A stretch of 64,000 nucleotides of DNA from an uncultured Pelagibacteraceae bacterium (lineage in GTDB: Bacteria; Pseudomonadota; Alphaproteobacteria; Pelagibacterales; Pelagibacteraceae): assembly GCA_902592265.1 (NCBI GenBank), contig CACJDV010000004.1, forward strand, positions 171-64,170, given 5' to 3'. This document shows positions 61,922 to 64,000 of this stretch, piece after piece. Below the pieces are notes generated by a model. That model was not told the origin of the DNA and made no database searches. It worked only from the letters and a program-made list of their open reading frames with translations. The translations under genes and the position numbers were made by a program. How positions within the stretch are numbered: position 1 is the first letter of the stretch; every line of letters begins with the position of its first letter.

Positions 61922-63643
61922 TTACTTTTCTTTCTTTTTATCTAAATCATCTGACAATGATGAAAAAGGTAAATTCTTTCCAGAACCCTCAGATCCATAC
62001 TTATCTAAAGCCTCTTTTTTCTGAATTTCCTCTAATAATTTAATACTTAGTGATACTTTCCTTTTTTCCAAGTCTAAATCTGCAATTGCGCAATCAATTC
62101 TTTCACCACCAGTGAATCTTGCAGGTCGGGCATCAGCAGCACTAATTGCAATTTGGTTTTTCTTAATAGTGAAGTCCATCTCACACCCTTCCGGCCTTAC
62201 GATAAGACCCTTGTTATCGGTGGAGATAATTTTTACGGTAATAATTTGATTTGTTTTTTTATCCTTAAACCAATCCAGTGGGTCTGGTTGAGTTTGTCTT
62301 AATCCAACCCTGATTTTTTGATCCTCAGATTTAATTTCTAGAACCTTAACTTTGATTTTATCTTTAATATCATATTTTTTTAATTCTTCCTCTCCATTAT
62401 TTAGATAAGTCAAATCATTACAGTGCAAGAAAGCATCAACATCTAAATCTTTTACACTTACAAATAAAGAATATTCATTTTTATTAACTACTTCTGTCTC
62501 AATTACTGTTCCTACTGGATATTTTTTTTCAAAAACAATAAAAGGATTTTCCTTTGCCTGTTTGTACGAAATGGCAATTCTTCTTTTATCTTTATCAATC
62601 TCAGTAATAACACAATCTATTTCATCTCCAACTTTAAACATTTTCTTTGCAGAAACATTTTTTTTTGTCCAACTCAACTCACTTGAATGTAATAAAGTCG
62701 TCAAACCTGGTTCTAGTTCACAAAACGCTCCAAAGTCTATAATCTTTACTACCTTTGCTTTATAAACTTTATTTAATTCATAATTCTCAACATGCTCAAA
62801 AGGATCGGGAGATAGTTGTTTAATTGAACAACCAATTTGTAATTTTTCTTTATCAATACTTATAACTTTAAGATCATGTTTTTCACCAATATTGAATACT
62901 TCCTCGGGATGATTTACCCTGCTATATGATATCTCTTGTAAATGCACCAAAACATCTAATTCATTATTGACATTAAAAAAACATCCAAATGAACTATAGC
63001 CTTTTACCTCAGCATTTTTAATTACATCACCAATTTTATATTTTTCAACAATCTTTGCCTTATCCTCTTTTTTGAAAGATGAAATTATTTCTTTTCTAGA
63101 TACGCAAGCGTTACCTCTTATTTTGTCTAACTTTATCAAAGCGAATTTTTGTGGTTCATTCATCAAATGACTTATATCTTTTAAGGGTTTATCGCTTATT
63201 TGTGATCCTGGTAAAAACATTAATGACCCTGTTTCCAGATGTTCAACTATACATCCACCTTTACATTTAGATACAATTTTACCCATAATAGGTTCTTTTT
63301 TTTCATAGGCTTCAACTAATTTATCCCAACCTTTAATTTTCTGGGCTTTACTAGCAGATACAACCACGTCCCCATTTCTATCTTCTATCTTTTCTAATAA
63401 TACAGGTATCGTTTCACCAATTTTAATTTTTTCGCTTAATCCCATAGATTTTAATTCATTAATGTCTAAAACCGGTTCTGATTTTAGGTTTGGTATATAT
63501 AAAAAAATATATTTCTCTGTAATCTTATTAACTTTACCCTCAATTATTTTACCTTCTTCAATGCTGATTTTTGAAAGTTGATTATTTAGTAGGTTTTCAA
63601 ATTCTTTGGATGCTGGGTTTGATAGGTCTTTGTATACTTCCAT
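61922..63643 (-). CDS. rpsA: 30S ribosomal protein S1
   Basis: 573 aa, tandem S1 domains (FLPGSQI, DFGAF, LLHSSELSW). Confidence 0.95.
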   Translation of the reverse strand: MEVYKDLSNPASKEFENLLNNQLSKISIEEGKIIEGKVNKITEKYIFLYIPNLKSEPVLDINELKSMGLSEKIKIGETIPVLLEKIEDRNGDVVVSASKAQKIKGWDKLVEAYEKKEPIMGKIVSKCKGGCIVEHLETGSLMFLPGSQISDKPLKDISHLMNEPQKFALIKLDKIRGNACVSRKEIISSFKKEDKAKIVEKYKIGDVIKNAEVKGYSSFGCFFNVNNELDVLVHLQEISYSRVNHPEEVFNIGEKHDLKVISIDKEKLQIGCSIKQLSPDPFEHVENYELNKVYKAKVVKIIDFGAFCELEPGLTTLLHSSELSWTKKNVSAKKMFKVGDEIDCVITEIDKDKRRIAISYKQAKENPFIVFEKKYPVGTVIETEVVNKNEYSLFVSVKDLDVDAFLHCNDLTYLNNGEEELKKYDIKDKIKVKVLEIKSEDQKIRVGLRQTQPDPLDWFKDKKTNQIITVKIISTDNKGLIVRPEGCEMDFTIKKNQIAISAADARPARFTGGERIDCAIADLDLEKRKVSLSIKLLEEIQKKEALDKYGSEGSGKNLPFSSLSDDLDKKKEK

Positions 63644-63724
63644 TAATTTAAGTTCGTTTATGTTTATATAGTTTTAAAAACTTTGACCTTTTAGATAAAT
63701 TTAAAGACAAGATCAACATAGAAT

Positions 63725-64000
63725 TTAGTGTATTTTAGCACCTAAATACTTAATTTTTTCTAAAAAGGATGGAAAAGACGTGTTTATAGCGTCTTTATTC
63801 GCTATAGACCAGTTACCTCCAAAAATTAATGCTGCAACAACTGAAGTCATAAAAACTCTGTGATCCTTAAGAAAATTTTTGATAATTATTTTATTCTTAA
63901 TTTCTAAATTTGGATTTCCATAAATCTTTATACTTTTATTAGTTAAGACATTTTTAACACCCATTTTGTTTAGTATTTTAGAGCCCCATTTTAATCTAGG
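63725..64000 (-). CDS. aroA: EPSP synthase, C-terminal part (5' end outside window)
   Basis: KDHRVFM and INTSFPSF; frame open to the window edge (PRLKWGSKILNK-MGV). Confidence 0.88.
   Translation of the reverse strand, partial: PRLKWGSKILNKMGVKNVLTNKSIKIYGNPNLEIKNKIIIKNFLKDHRVFMTSVVAALIFGGNWSIANKDAINTSFPSFLEKIKYLGAKIH

Overview
Very AT-rich, densely packed bacterial chromosome segment with minimal intergenic space. Gene content and order (E. coli-type aceE-aceF, gltD-gltB, regB, cobST, hisS-hisZ-hisG, trpFBA-accD-folC) fit an alphaproteobacterium, most likely Pelagibacterales/SAR11 (inference). It is mostly core genome: about 65 CDS and four tRNAs (Ser-GGA, Thr-GGT, Phe-GAA, His-GTG), with no CRISPR, integrase or transposase seen. 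Five small ORFs missing from the ORF track were found, including rpmH. Best leads: (1) a 33-aa His-codon-rich leader ORF ahead of tRNA-His-hisS-hisZ-hisG; (2) a cassette of three nuclease-fold genes (RmuC, phage/MGME1-like PD-(D/E)XK nuclease, ExoI) upstream of trxA, where alphaproteobacteria commonly carry addAB; (3) a tryptophan synthase with several substituted active-site and interface residues; (4) an adjacent HDAC-family and SET-domain gene pair; (5) three of four tRNAs with non-canonical T-loops. All motif comparisons were made by eye from recalled consensus sequences, without database searches.
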